Notes: a model not told the origin generated them from the letters alone. Positions 35,725 to 47,551 are shown, numbered from the stretch's first letter. The stretch is 64,000 bases of DNA from an uncultured Actinomycetes bacterium (GCA_963712255.1 CAVQHL010000029.1:5366-69365), one strand, 5' to 3'. A program made the numbers and translations.

Positions 35725-36750
35725 CCGTGGCTCCCCGCGTCGGCGGCCGGCTCGTCGAGCTCGGCCACCGGCGGCGGGGCAAGCGAGAGGCACTCGTCCG
35801 CAAAGGAATCCATGACCGCGGCCATGCCGCGTTGTCGTGCCTCCGCGAGCTTGGTCGGCGTGAGGACGACGCGGTGGCCGAGAACCGCGACGAACAGGCG
35901 CTCGACGTCGGTCGGGACGACGTAGTCGCGGCCGTGCAGGAGCGCCCAGCCGCGGACGGCACGCTCGAGCGCCAGGCTGCCTCGCACGGACGCGCCGACG
36001 GCGGTGGCGCTCATCTCCCGCGTCGCCCGCACGAGGCGCGACGATCCACTCGGCGATCAGCGGGTCGATGTGGACGGACGCGACCGCTCGCTCGAGAGTC
36101 TCGATCTCGCGCACCCCGACGATCGGCCGGAGCGAGGCGAGCGGGTGCTCGATCCGCTGGTCGCCGATCACCTGGAGCTCCTCCTCGGCGGTGGGATAGC
36201 CGAGCGAGGTCCGCAGGAAGAATCGGTCGAGCTGCGCCTCGGGCAGCGGGAACGTTCCCTCGTACTCGATGGGGTTCTCGGTCGCGAGCAGCAGGAAGGG
36301 GCGTGGGACGGCGCGCGTGGTGCCGTCGACGGTCACCTGCCGCTCGGCCATCGCCTCGAGCAGCGCGGACTGGGTCTTCGGCATCGCACGGTTGATCTCG
36401 TCGACGAGGATGACGTTGGCGAAGATCGGGCCCGGGCGGAACTCGAAGTCCCGGATGCGCTGGTCGTAGACCGCCAGGCCGGTGACATCGGTCGGCTGGA
36501 GATCCGGCGTGCACTGGATGCGCGTGCCGATCGCGCCCTCGATCGACTGGGAGACGGCGCGGGCGAGCACGGTCTTCGCCGTGCCCGGCACGTCCTCGAA
36601 GAGCACGTGGCCGTTGCAGGCGAGCGCCGTCAGGACGAGGCGGATCTCGTCGCGCTTCCCGTGCACGACCGTCTCGATGTTCGCGAGCAGCCTGTCGGCG
36701 ACCTCGACGGCCTCGCGCAGAAGGTCGGTCTCGGCAACCCGGGCGGTCAC
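35721..36750 (-). CDS. moxR: MoxR-family AAA+ ATPase (frameshift near 36040)
   Basis: EDVPGTAKT, RIQCTPDLQPTD, DEINRAMPKTQSALLEAM, TENPIEYEGTFPLPEAQLDRF. Confidence 0.93.
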
Positions 36751-36781
36751 GCCGACGAGTGTAGTCCGGCCCTCCAGGGTG

Positions 36782-37295
36782 CTACGGGCCTCGGCCGGTT
36801 ACGCGTCGATTGCGGGAAGCGCCGGCTTGACCGCGGTCGAGCCGTCCGTGGCCGGCAGGATCTGGATCTCGCCCGTCCGGAGCCCTTCGCGACGGATCTC
36901 GCGCATCACGGGGTCGCCCATGCCGCGTGTCGGAGATCGCCGAGGCGAGCGCCTGCTGGGCGGACGCCGCCCCCCTGTGGCTGCGCGGCAAGCGTCGCGC
37001 CGCCGAGCGCGACGGCGAGCAGCGCGGCCGCGGACGCGACGTTCGCGACGACGCCGCGTCGGGCATGCGCCGGCGGGGCACGGAGATCGTCACGGGCCGG
37101 GGCAGCGGCTGGAGCGGCGCCGCCCGGAGCTCGTCCGTGATCCAACGGCTGTTCCGCTCGAACGCCCGGCACGCAGCGCACCGCGTGGCGTGGAGGCGAC
37201 ACGGTCCGGCGCTCGAGCTCGGAAAGAGGTGCGTCGAGCTGCCGCGAGAGCAGTGCGCGGGTACGGTCGCACGACGGGCCGTAGACGCTCGTCAT
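36782..37295 (-). CDS. zf-HC2 (ZAS) anti-sigma-factor-like protein, frameshifted
   Basis: CDRTRALLSRQLDAPLSELE, then HATRCAAC (HxxxCxxC) in the adjacent frame, then a hydrophobic segment. Confidence 0.7.
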
Positions 37296-37304
37296 GCTGG
37301 TTTG

Positions 37305-37328
37305 GACGACGAACAAACGGATCGGTTA
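37305..37328 (-). promoter_or_regulatory. Putative ECF-sigma promoter (TAACC-N15-CGTC)
   Basis: AAC -35 / CGTC -10 pattern, 9 nt before the anti-sigma ATG. Confidence 0.45.
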
Positions 37329-37341
37329 GGGGGAACCGTCG

Positions 37342-37747
37342 CTACAGCAGATCCGTTCGCGGATCGACGATCGCGCCGACGACGAACATCGCGATCCCGA
37401 GCGCGAGGAACAGCCAGGTCGTCGCCCGGGCGTCGGCCCGCTCGTCCGCACTCGCGGCGCGGATCCCACCCGAGAAGATGCCGAAGCCGAGGATCCCGCC
37501 GATCGGCTCGTGTGTCTTCGTCGCCTCCCTTCGGTCGGACCGGCCCGCGAAGGCCGTTGAACACGCCCAGCACGACGAGGAAGCAGCCGACGAGATAGAG
37601 CCCCGTCGCGGCCGATCGTGCGGCAGTCCCTCCGAGTGCGAGGCCGATGAGTGCTGCGCAGCCGGCCGTGACGACGATGGCCACGCCCGAGAGGACGACG
37701 AACCGGCGCGCGGCGGGAAGCAGCGACGACCGAGCGTCCGACGGCAA
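37342..37747 (-). CDS. Small hypothetical membrane protein (frameshift near 37510)
   Basis: Hydrophobic segments in two joined frames, ending ...[13 protein letters not shown]. Confidence 0.7.
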
Positions 37748-37754
37748 GGGAGCG

Positions 37755-38801
37755 CTACCCGGTCGTCTCGACCGGCTGCGACCGCGCCGCGGGCCGCTCC
37801 GAGATGTCCATCGGCCAGCGCTCGAGCGGGTAGTGGCACGCGACGAGGTGGTCTGGCGCGACCCGTTCGAGCGGAGGCGTCTCCACGTCGCAGTGGCCCT
37901 CGTGGAAGCGCGGGCACCGCGGGTGGAAGTTGCACGCCGACGGAGGATTGATCGGGTTCGGCACGTCGCCCTCGAGCACGAGCTTCTTTCGCGCGCGGCC
38001 GGCGTCCGGGTTCGGCAGCGGCACCGCGGAGAGCAGGGCCCCGGTGTACGGGTGCTTCGGGCTCACGTAGATGCTCGTCGCGGTTCGCGAGCTCGGCGGC
38101 CTTGCCGAGGTACATCACCATCACCCGGTCGGAGATGTGCCGCACGACGTTGAGGTCGTGCGCGATGAAGACGTAGGTCAGGCCGAACTCCCGCTGGAGA
38201 TCCTTCAGGAGATTGAGGATCTGCGCCTGCACGGAGACGTCGAGCGCCGAGACCGGCTCGTCGCAGAAGATGAGCTTCGGGTTCACCGCGAGCGCGCGCG
38301 CGACGCCGATCCGCTGCCGCTGCCCGCCCGAGAACTCGTGCGGGAAGCGATTGAAGTGCTCGGGGTTGAGGCCGACGACCTCGAGGAGCTCCTGGACGCG
38401 CCGCTTGCGCTCGGCGGGCGTGCCGATGCCGTGGAGCTCGAGCGCCTCGCCGATGATGAACCCGACCCGCTTGCGCGCGTTGAGCGACGCGTACGGGTCC
38501 TGGAAGACCATCATCATGTTCCGCCGAAGGGGCCGCATCTCGCGTCGCGACAGCCCGGAGATGTCGCGGCCCTCGTAGATGATGCGGCCGGAGGTCGGCT
38601 CGAGCAGCTTGAGGAGGCAGCGGACGAGCGTCGACTTCCCGCAGCCGGACTCGCCGACGATGCCGAGCGTCTCGCCCTCGCGCAGCGTGAAGGAGATGCC
38701 GTCGACCGCCTTCACGGTCGCGATCTCCTTCTGGAAGATGATCCCGCGGGTGACCGGGAAGTGCTTCGTCAGGTCCTCGACGACGAGGAGCTCGTTGGCG
38801 C

Positions 38802-38805
<4 letters not shown>
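37755..38805 (-). CDS. Oligopeptide/dipeptide ABC ATP-binding protein (OppF/DppF), frameshift near 38068
   Basis: [44 protein letters not shown]. Confidence 0.93.
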
Positions 38806-39833
<1,028 letters not shown>

Positions 39834-39843
39834 CGCGCGAAGC

Positions 39844-40815
39844 TTACGTGAGGCGGATTCGCGGGTCGATCCACGCGTAGAGGAGATCGACCACGAGCGA
39901 GAAGATGATGATCGCGATTGCGCCGAAGATGACGACGCCCTGGAGCGTCGGGAGGTCGAACTGGCCGATCGAGCGGATCGCGAGGCTGCCGAGCCCCGGG
40001 AGGCCGAACACGGCCTCGATGAAGATCGAGCCGCCGAGCAGGAGGCCGATGTCCATCCCGACCATCGTCACGACGGGGAGCATCGCGTTCCGCAGCACGT
40101 GCGAGCGGATGACCGTGCGCTCGGGCGCGCCCTTGGCACGCGCGGTCCGCACGAAGTCCATGGTCAGCGTCTCCATCACCTCGGCCCGGACGAAGCGGAC
40201 GTACGTGCCCGCGACGACGATGGCGAGCGTCGTACACGGCAGGACCAGGTGGTAGGCCCAGTCGACGAAGCCGCCGCACACGGAGGCCTCGGGGACGCTG
40301 ACGACCTCGCAGTAGCCGGACAACGGCGTCAGGCCGAGCTTGTAGCCGATGAAGTACGACAGGACCAGGCCGATCCAGAAGGACGGCAGCGAGATCCCGA
40401 TGAGGACGTAGATCATCGACACCCTGTCGATCAGCGACCTCGGGTGGAGCGCGGAGAAGATCCCGAGGGGGATCGCGATCGAGAGCACGAGGATCATCGC
40501 GCCGAAGACGACGGACGCCGTCACCGGCGCGGCGTCGAGGATCTGCTCGTTGACCGACTGCCGCGTGACGAACGACTGTCCGAGCGAGCCGTCGGTGACG
40601 AGCCGCTGGAGGAACTTGAGGTACTGGATGTACATGGGCTGGTCGAGCCCCAGGAACTTCTCCACCTCGCGGATCCGCTCCGGCGTCGCCGACTGCCCTG
40701 CTGCGAGACGCGCCGGGTTCGCGGGGACGAGGAAGAAGATGACGTACGTGACGAACGTGACCGCGATGAAGAGCACGAACGCCCAGAGAAGCCGGCGGAT
40801 GAGGTAGCGGATCAC
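39844..40815 (-). CDS. Oligopeptide ABC permease (OppB/DppB)
   Basis: MIRYLIRRL, TARAKGA...HVLRNA, E.VFGLPGLG, IDPRIR. Confidence 0.95.
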   Translation of the reverse strand: MIRYLIRRLLWAFVLFIAVTFVTYVIFFLVPANPARLAAGQSATPERIREVEKFLGLDQPMYIQYLKFLQRLVTDGSLGQSFVTRQSVNEQILDAAPVTASVVFGAMILVLSIAIPLGIFSALHPRSLIDRVSMIYVLIGISLPSFWIGLVLSYFIGYKLGLTPLSGYCEVVSVPEASVCGGFVDWAYHLVLPCTTLAIVVAGTYVRFVRAEVMETLTMDFVRTARAKGAPERTVIRSHVLRNAMLPVVTMVGMDIGLLLGGSIFIEAVFGLPGLGSLAIRSIGQFDLPTLQGVVIFGAIAIIIFSLVVDLLYAWIDPRIRLT

Positions 40816-40854
40816 GTGGTCGGGAGAATAGTGGCTCGTTCGCCAGATGTGTGA

Positions 40855-40886
40855 GCTGGGGGAGGGCTCGCGCCCTCCCCCCAGCC
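40855..40886 (-). terminator. GC-rich hairpin after the SBP gene (terminator or mRNA stabiliser)
   Basis: GCTGGGGGAGGGC-loop-GCCCTCCCCCCAGC inverted repeat; no U-tract on the coding strand. Confidence 0.55.
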
Positions 40887-40911
40887 GTTTCCGTGCCTTC
40901 CTAGCCCGTCT

Positions 40912-42531
40912 CTACCTGGTGCAGAGCTGGGTCAGGAGCGTGCTCTGGATCGAGGTGTAGCCGTAGCAGCCCACCTTGGTGCTCGTGAGGATCCGGGCGT
41001 TCGTCGAGATGTACGGAGCGACGGGCGCCTGGTCCTTCATGATGTCGCGGTCGAGGAGGCCGTATGCCGTGAGGCGGGCCTGCCCGGCGAGCGCGTACGC
41101 CTTGTCCATCCGCGAGTTGTACGTCGCGTTGTTGAAGTACGAGGCGTTGACGTTGTTGTCGGCCTGGATCCGGCGGCCGTCGAGCAGCACGTTGATGAAG
41201 TTCGACGGATCCGGATAGTCCATGCCCCAGCCCTCGAGCGTGAGGTCGAACGGCTCGCCGCGGGTGGCGGTCTTCTCGTGCTGCACCACGCGGTCGAACA
41301 GCTTGATCTCGACGTCGATGCCGATCTGCTTCAGGTTGAACTGCACCGACTGGGCGATGGGCGGGCCCTGCGCCGTGTTGAACGTGTACATCACGGCCTT
41401 GCCGTCACGCGTGCTGCCCTGCGCGAGCGGGCGGGCCTTGGCGTAGTTCGGCCCCTTCAGCGAGTACAGGTCGTACTCCTTGAAGCCCGGCATCGGGTAC
41501 GGCAGGAACTGGTCCGTCCGCTTCCCGGCCAGGTAGCCGTGCTGCGCGACCATGAAGCGACGGTCGATCGCGTTCGCGACGGCCTGGCGGAGCTTCACGT
41601 TGTTCTGGAAGAGCCCGCGCGACGTGTTCATCGCGAGGTACCACAGGGTCGTCTGGTTCTTGACGAAGAACTGGCCGTTGGCCTTGTTGATGCCGTACTT
41701 GTCGGACAGCTCCTTCGCCTGCGCAGGCGGGAACGCGCAGATGTCCGCCTCGCCGCGCTCACACATCAGGCGCTGCGTTGCGGGATCCGGACCGACGATC
41801 CAGCGGTACTGATCGACGTAGTTCTTGAAGCCGAGCGACTTGAACGGCTCCGCGTTGTTCTTCCAGTTCGGGTTGCGGACTGCGAGGGCCGACTTGCCCT
41901 CGTTCCACTCCTTCAGGTAGTACGGGCCGGCCGAGACGACCGGCGCCTTGACGCCCTCGGCGGTGAACGGCAGGTCAGCCGGCACCGCGGCGAAGAACAT
42001 CATCGACATCCGGGCGAGGAAGTCCGGAGCGACCTTCTTCAGGGTGACCGTGAACACCTGACCGGCAGCCCGGTAGCTGGCGACGTCGTCCATGAACGAC
42101 GAGGCCGGCGACTGCATCGCGGTGTTGCGGCCGCGATCGAACGCCCGCTTGAAGTTCGCGGCGGTGACGTTCCCGCCGGTGTTGAACTTGAAGCCACGCT
42201 TGACCGTGAACGTGTACGTCTTCCCGCCGTTCGAGACGCGCGGCAGCGGCGCCGCCATCCCGGTGAGGCGACCGCCAGCGGCGCCCTCGACGTGCGGGTA
42301 GTACGTCAGCGTCAGGTTCGTCGCCGCCATCATGTTCCAGCTGTGGCTGAAGTAGGCGAGCCCGGTGTCGGCGTAGTCGAAGTCACTACGGCTGACGATC
42401 GTCAGCGTCCCACCGGTCTTCGCCTCGGCGGCTGCCCCGGCGCCTGCCGCCGTACCGGCGAACATCGCCGCGGCGAGCAGAGAAGCCCCAATCGCAGTCA
42501 TCGCGACCGAAGCCCAGATGCGTCCCTTCAT
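40912..42531 (-). CDS. Family 5 ABC substrate-binding protein (OppA/DppA-like)
   Basis: Signal peptide, GGTL, TYTFTVKRG, GPYYLKEW, RQAVANAIDR, GWGMDYPDP; AAAGGAG SD. Confidence 0.93.
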   Translation of the reverse strand: MKGRIWASVAMTAIGASLLAAAMFAGTAAGAGAAAEAKTGGTLTIVSRSDFDYADTGLAYFSHSWNMMAATNLTLTYYPHVEGAAGGRLTGMAAPLPRVSNGGKTYTFTVKRGFKFNTGGNVTAANFKRAFDRGRNTAMQSPASSFMDDVASYRAAGQVFTVTLKKVAPDFLARMSMMFFAAVPADLPFTAEGVKAPVVSAGPYYLKEWNEGKSALAVRNPNWKNNAEPFKSLGFKNYVDQYRWIVGPDPATQRLMCERGEADICAFPPAQAKELSDKYGINKANGQFFVKNQTTLWYLAMNTSRGLFQNNVKLRQAVANAIDRRFMVAQHGYLAGKRTDQFLPYPMPGFKEYDLYSLKGPNYAKARPLAQGSTRDGKAVMYTFNTAQGPPIAQSVQFNLKQIGIDVEIKLFDRVVQHEKTATRGEPFDLTLEGWGMDYPDPSNFINVLLDGRRIQADNNVNASYFNNATYNSRMDKAYALAGQARLTAYGLLDRDIMKDQAPVAPYISTNARILTSTKVGCYGYTSIQSTLLTQLCTR

Positions 42532-42703
42532 GTCACTCCTTTCACGAGTGCGGTCCGGCTGGGTTCCGGACCGAGGCACGTTTCGCCCTATCCCTTTGAC
42601 GGGCGAACGTGGTCGTTTGTTAGAGAACGGAGAAGAGTTTCTCTTAAGGCACTTTCGCGCGGATGTCCCGCGCAGGAGGAGAGCCGGTGCATGCGGTCGG
42701 CGT

Positions 42704-43738
42704 CTAGATGCGAGAGCGCGGGTCGAACGCGTCGCGGAGCCCGTCGCCGAGCAGGTTGAACGCGAGCGTCGTGAACACCAGCGCGAGTCCGGGCCACAGC
42801 ATGAGCAGCGGCACCGTGGTGTAGAAGTTCGGCGCGTCGGCGAGCAGGTTGCCCCAGCTCGCGGTCGGGGGCTGGATCCCGACGCCGAGGAACGAGAGCG
42901 CCGCCTCGCTCAGGACGAGGGAGGCGACGATGAGCGTCGAGTAGACGATGATCGGCGCGACGAGGTGCGGCAGAAGGTGCGAGCGGATGATCCGCGTGTC
43001 GCTCGCGCCGGTCATCAGCGCCGCCTCGACGAACTCCTTCTCGCGCAGCGACAGCACCTTCGCCCGGATGATGCGCGCCGGGTAGAACCAGCCGAAGACG
43101 GTGAAGACCAGGACGAGCGTGACGACGCCCTCGCCGACCAGCCCGCCGAGGGTGACCCCGTTGAGCTGCGTGCCGGCCGTCGACGCCAGCGCGATCGCGA
43201 ACAGCAGCGCCGGGAACGCCATCGTGATCTCCGTCAGCCGGGACACGATCGTGTCCGCCCACCCGCGGTAGTAGCCGGCGATCGCACCGGTCGTCACCCC
43301 GATCAGCATGATGATCAGCGTGGAGATGACCGCCACCTGCAGCGATACGCGGCCGCCGTACAGGAGCCGGAGGAACTCGTCGCGGCCGAGCGTCCCGTCC
43401 GCGCCGAGGATGAAGAGGTCGGTCCCGCCCGTCTCGAAGTTCTCGACGCGGCTCATCGGCCCGACCGGCAGAAGGCCGTCGTCGAGCGCGCTCGGGAAGA
43501 TGTCGTTCGGCCCGTGCCCGAGCAGCTTCTCCGCGATCCACGCGCCCGGGTACACCGCGATGATGAGGAGCACGAGGAACCCGATGCTCGCCATCGCGAC
43601 GCGGTCGCGCTTGAACCGCCGCCACACCTGCTCCCAGTAGCCACGAGCCCGGATCTCCCCGTGGACGGGAGGCGCCGCGGTCTCGTCGCCGCCGAGCGGG
43701 CCGAGGAGCTCTTCGGATGTGGTGCTGGTGCTCGTCAC
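42704..43738 (-). CDS. Oligopeptide ABC permease (OppC/DppC)
   Basis: WRRFKRD, LGRDEF, REKEFVEAA, HLLPH, FNLLGDGLRDAFDPR. Confidence 0.95.
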   Translation of the reverse strand: MTSTSTTSEELLGPLGGDETAAPPVHGEIRARGYWEQVWRRFKRDRVAMASIGFLVLLIIAVYPGAWIAEKLLGHGPNDIFPSALDDGLLPVGPMSRVENFETGGTDLFILGADGTLGRDEFLRLLYGGRVSLQVAVISTLIIMLIGVTTGAIAGYYRGWADTIVSRLTEITMAFPALLFAIALASTAGTQLNGVTLGGLVGEGVVTLVLVFTVFGWFYPARIIRAKVLSLREKEFVEAALMTGASDTRIIRSHLLPHLVAPIIVYSTLIVASLVLSEAALSFLGVGIQPPTASWGNLLADAPNFYTTVPLLMLWPGLALVFTTLAFNLLGDGLRDAFDPRSRI

Positions 43739-43852
43739 GAGAGCGGGTGGAGAATAGCGCAGGAACGCTCGAAATAGGACGTCGCCGGCCGGTTTTTGTT
43801 GCGGGGGTTCTACCCCGAACCCCGCTTCGCGTCACTAGGGGCGGCGATGAGG

Positions 43853-43912
43853 GCAGTTGCGACCCGCGGCAGCGGGCGCCTTCAGGGATCTGCCCCGCCG
43901 CAGGCGGGGATC
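43853..43912. repeat. Structured intergenic repeat, copy 3 (module A), overlapping the atpG 3' end
   Basis: GCAGTTGCGACCCGCGGCAGCGGGCGCCTTCAGGGATCTGCCCCGCCGCAGGCGGGGATC. Confidence 0.85.
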
Positions 43913-44825
43913 AGCCGTCCGCCTGCGATCGCTGCAGTAGTCAGCGCGTCTGCGCCGGCCACGACCTCGAGGATCTCCTGGGTGATCTCGGCCTGGCGGG
44001 CGCGGTTCATCTCGAGCGAGAGCCGGTCGATCATCTCGGCGGCGTTCTTCGAGGCGTTCCGCATCGCGGTCATCCGCGCGCCCTGCTCGGACGCGGACGA
44101 CTCGAGCAGCGCCCGGTAGATCTGCGTCTCGACGTACACGGGCAGGAGCCGCTCGAGGATCTGCTCGGGCTCCGGCTCGAAGATGAAGTCGCCGCGGAGC
44201 GCGTCGTCGCGCCGCTCGTCCTCGTCCGTCTCGAGCACGTCGGCGGCGATCGGCAGGATCTCCTGCTCCGTCACGCTCTGCGTCAGCGCGGAGACGAACG
44301 TGTTGTAGACGAGCACGACCCGGTCGACCTCGCCCTCGACGAACAGCTCGGCCGCGCGGTGCGCGATCCCCTGCGCGTCCGAGTACGCCGGGGCGTCGGT
44401 GAACCCGACGAAGCGCCGGAGAGCTCGCGCCGCCGGAAGGTGAGCGTCGAGCGCCCCTTCTTGCCGACGCCGAGCCAGCGCACCGTCTGACCCTCCGCCG
44501 TGAGCTGGCGGTCGAGCGCGAACGCCCTCCGCATCACCTGCGCGTTGAAGGCGCCCGCGAGCCCGCGGTCGCCCGTCAGCGGCACGAGCAGGGTCGCCGA
44601 CGTCGTCTCGCGCTGCTGCAGCAGCGGCAGCCCACGGACGGAGCCTGCGGCCCGCCCGACGCCCGCGATCAGCTCGCGCATCGTCTCCGCGTACGGCCGC
44701 ATCGACTCGATGCGGCTCTGCGCGCGCCGCAGCTTCGCCGCCGCGACGAGCTCCATCGCCCGCGTGATCTTGCGCGTGTTCCGGACAGACCGGATCCTGC
44801 GCTTGTAGTCCTGAACGGATGCCAT
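43882..44825 (-). CDS. atpG: ATP synthase F1 gamma subunit (frameshift near 44415)
   Basis: KITRAMELVAAAKL, GDRGLAGAFN, SEQGARMTAM, NRARQAEITQEILEV. Confidence 0.95.
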
Positions 44826-44863
44826 GCCGAGGCGGCTCTCTTAGATGATCTCGAGGACCGAGA

Positions 44864-46392
44864 TCACCCGACGAGGCCGGTCTCCTCGTGCACGTTGAAC
44901 GACTCCTTGAACTTCGTGAGCGCCTCGTCGAGCTTCGCCGTGGTCTCGTCGGAGAGGTCGTCCGTCTCCCGGATCGCCGAGTAGATCGAGCTCTCGGAAC
45001 GGAGCGTCTCGCGGAGCTCCTCCTGGAAGCGCGGCACCTGGCCGACGGGGACGCGGTCGAGCGCGCCGTTGATCCCGGCGTAGATCGCGACGACCTGCTC
45101 CTCGACGGCCCACGGCTGGTACTGCGGCTGGTTCAGCGTCGCGACCATCCGCTCGCCGCGCGAGAGCGACTGCTGCGTCGCAGCGTCGAGCTCCGAGCCG
45201 AACTGCGAGAACGCCTCGAGCTCGCGGTACTGGGCGAGGTCGAGGCGCAGCCGTCCCGCGACCTTCTTCATCGCCTTCGTCTGCGCGTTCCCGCCCACGC
45301 GGGAGACCGAGATGCCGACGTTGATCGCCGGCCGGATGCCCGAGTAGAAGAGGCTCGACTCGAGGAAGATCTGCCCGTCCGTGATCGAGATGACGTTCGT
45401 CGGGATGTACGCCGCGACATCGCCCGCCTGCGTCTCGATGATCGGCAGCGCGGTGAGCGACCCGCCGCCGAGGGCGTCCGAGAGCTTGCACGCGCGCTCG
45501 AGCAGCCGCGAGTGGAGATAGAAGACGTCGCCCGGGAACGCCTCGCGGCCCGGGGGGCGGCGGAGCAGCAGGGAGAGCTGCCGGTACGCGTCCGCGTGCT
45601 TCGTGAGGTCGTCGTAGATGACGAGCGCGTGCTTGCCCTCGAAGAGGAAATGCTCACCCATCGCGGCACCGGCGAACGGCGCCATCCACTTGATCGGCGC
45701 CGCCTCGTGGGCCGGAGCCGAGACGACGATCGTGTACTCCATCGCGCCCGCGTCGCGGAGCCGCTCGACGACCTGTGCCACGGTGGACGCCTTCTGGCCG
45801 ACCGCGACGTAGATGCAGATCACGTCGCCGCCGCGCTGGTTGATGATCGTGTCGACGCCGATCGCGGTCTTGCCGGTGCCGCGGTCGCCGATGATCAGCT
45901 CGCGCTGGCCACGGCCGATCGGGATCATCGAGTCGATCGCCTTGAGGCCGGTCTGGAGCGGCTCGACGACCGGCTGCCGCTGGATGACGCCGGGCGCCTT
46001 GAACTCGAGCGGCCGACGCGACCGCCTCGATCGGCCCCTGGCCGTCGAGCGGGTTGCCGAGCGGGTCGAGCGACGCGGCCGAGGAGCCCCTCGCCCACGG
46101 GGACGTCCATCACCGCGCCGGTGCGACGGACGGGCTCGCCCTCCTTGACGTGCTGCCACTCGCCGAAGAGGGCGACGCCGACGTTGTCCTCCTCGAGGTT
46201 GAACGCGATGCCGACGACGCCGTGCTCGAACTCGAGCCGCTCGAGGGCGACGCAGTTCTCGAGGCCGTAGACGCGCGCGATGCCGTCGCCGACCTGGAGG
46301 ACGGTCCCGACCTCCGAGAGATCGGTCTCGACGTCGTACTGCTCGATCCGCTGCTTCAGGATCGAGGTGATCTCTTCGGGGCGGAGCTTCAC
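44864..46392 (-). CDS. atpA: ATP synthase F1 alpha subunit (indels near 46020-46080)
   Basis: [48 protein letters not shown]. Confidence 0.97.
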
Positions 46393-46408
46393 AGAGGTCT
46401 CTCCTTCT

Positions 46409-46948
46409 TCAACTCAGGTTCGGGTGACGAGCTCGCGGCGGAGCCGGTTCAGGCGGCCGCGCACGCTCGCGTCGACGCGCAGCGAGCCGGCCTGGAGGAT
46501 GAGGCCGCCGATCAGGTCGGGGTCGACCGAGCGGGTCGCCTCGACGGTGCGGCCCGACGCCTGCTCGATCTGGCGGACGATCGCGGCGGTCTCGGCGTCG
46601 TCGAGCTCGTGGGCGGTGGTCAGCTCGACCGACAGGCGGCCCTGCTCGCGGTCGACGATCGCCTCGAACTCCTCGACGATCTGACGGAGCTGGCCTGCAC
46701 GCCCCTTCGACGCGACGACGCGGACGAAGTTGCGGACGGTCGGGTCTGCGCCGTGCGGTCACCTCGTCGAGGACGCTCGCCTTGGCGCCCGGGTCGAGCT
46801 GCGGGTTCGAGAGGAACGCCTCGAGCTCGGGCGTGGCCTCCATCGCGTCGGCGAGCTCGGAGAGCTCGCTCCGGACGACGTCGACCGTGCCTCGAGTCGT
46901 GCGCGGCCTCGTAAGCGCGCGCGCGTACATGCGGTGTGCGACCGCCAT
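46409..46948 (-). CDS. atpH: ATP synthase F1 delta subunit (indels)
   Basis: [38 protein letters not shown] across frames; operon position. Confidence 0.9.
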   Translation of the reverse strand: MAVAHRMYARALTRPRTTRGTVDVVRSELSELADAMEATPELEAFLSNPQLDPGAKASVLDEVTARRRPDRPQLRPRRRVEGACRPAPSDRRGVRGDRRPRAGPPVGRADHRPRARRRRDRRDRPPDRAGVGPHRRGDPLGRPRPDRRPHPPGRLAARRRERARPPEPAPPRARHPNLS

Positions 46949-46984
46949 CAGTGGACGCGCGTGCAGCTGTGGCGCAGAGACGCT

Positions 46985-47530
46985 CTATCTGTTGCCGTGC
47001 GTCCACTCAGTTGGGCTCCCCTTCTCCAGGGCGGAGAAGTCGAGTGCCTCGACGGCCTCCCGCACGAGGCGCTTCTGGTCCTCGGCGTCGATGACCTTGC
47101 CGACGACGCGCTCCGTCGCCTCGAGCGTGAGGTCGGCGACCTCGGAGCGGATCTGCCCGATCGCCCGGACGGTCTCCGCCTCGATCTGCTTGCGCGTGTC
47201 CTCGAGGCGGCGCTGCCGCTCGACCTCGGCCTCCTGCTTCGCGCGCTCGATCTGCGCGTCGGCGACCTTGCGGGCCTCGGCGAGGATGTCACCCGACTCC
47301 GACCGAGCCTGGGCGAGGATCGCGCGGTTCTGCTCGAGCAGCTCGCGGGCCTCGTTCCGGGCGTTGTCGGCCTCCTCGACCGCCTGCCGGATGCGGTCGC
47401 GACGGTCGTCGATCGTCTTCTGGATCGGGCCGAACGCGAATCGCTTGAGCACGAAGAACGTGATCCCGAACGCGATCAGCGTCCAGATCATGAGGCCGGG
47501 GACGACCTCGATCAGACCGGAAGCGAGCAT
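46985..47530 (-). CDS. atpF: ATP synthase Fo b subunit (exact 3' end uncertain)
   Basis: PGLMIWTLIAF...FAFGPI...RRDRI coiled coil. Confidence 0.93.
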   Translation of the reverse strand: MLASGLIEVVPGLMIWTLIAFGITFFVLKRFAFGPIQKTIDDRRDRIRQAVEEADNARNEARELLEQNRAILAQARSESGDILAEARKVADAQIERAKQEAEVERQRRLEDTRKQIEAETVRAIGQIRSEVADLTLEATERVVGKVIDAEDQKRLVREAVEALDFSALEKGSPTEWTHGNR

Positions 47531-47551
47531 GGTCTCGACTCCGCCTTCCGC

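Noticed and set aside
34804-36750. Apparent MoxR-DUF58 fusion (also meaB-ilvA, upp-wecA and oppF-membrane protein ORFs)
   Set aside because: The true C-termini are present in other frames and the linkers are out-of-frame junk; indel artefacts
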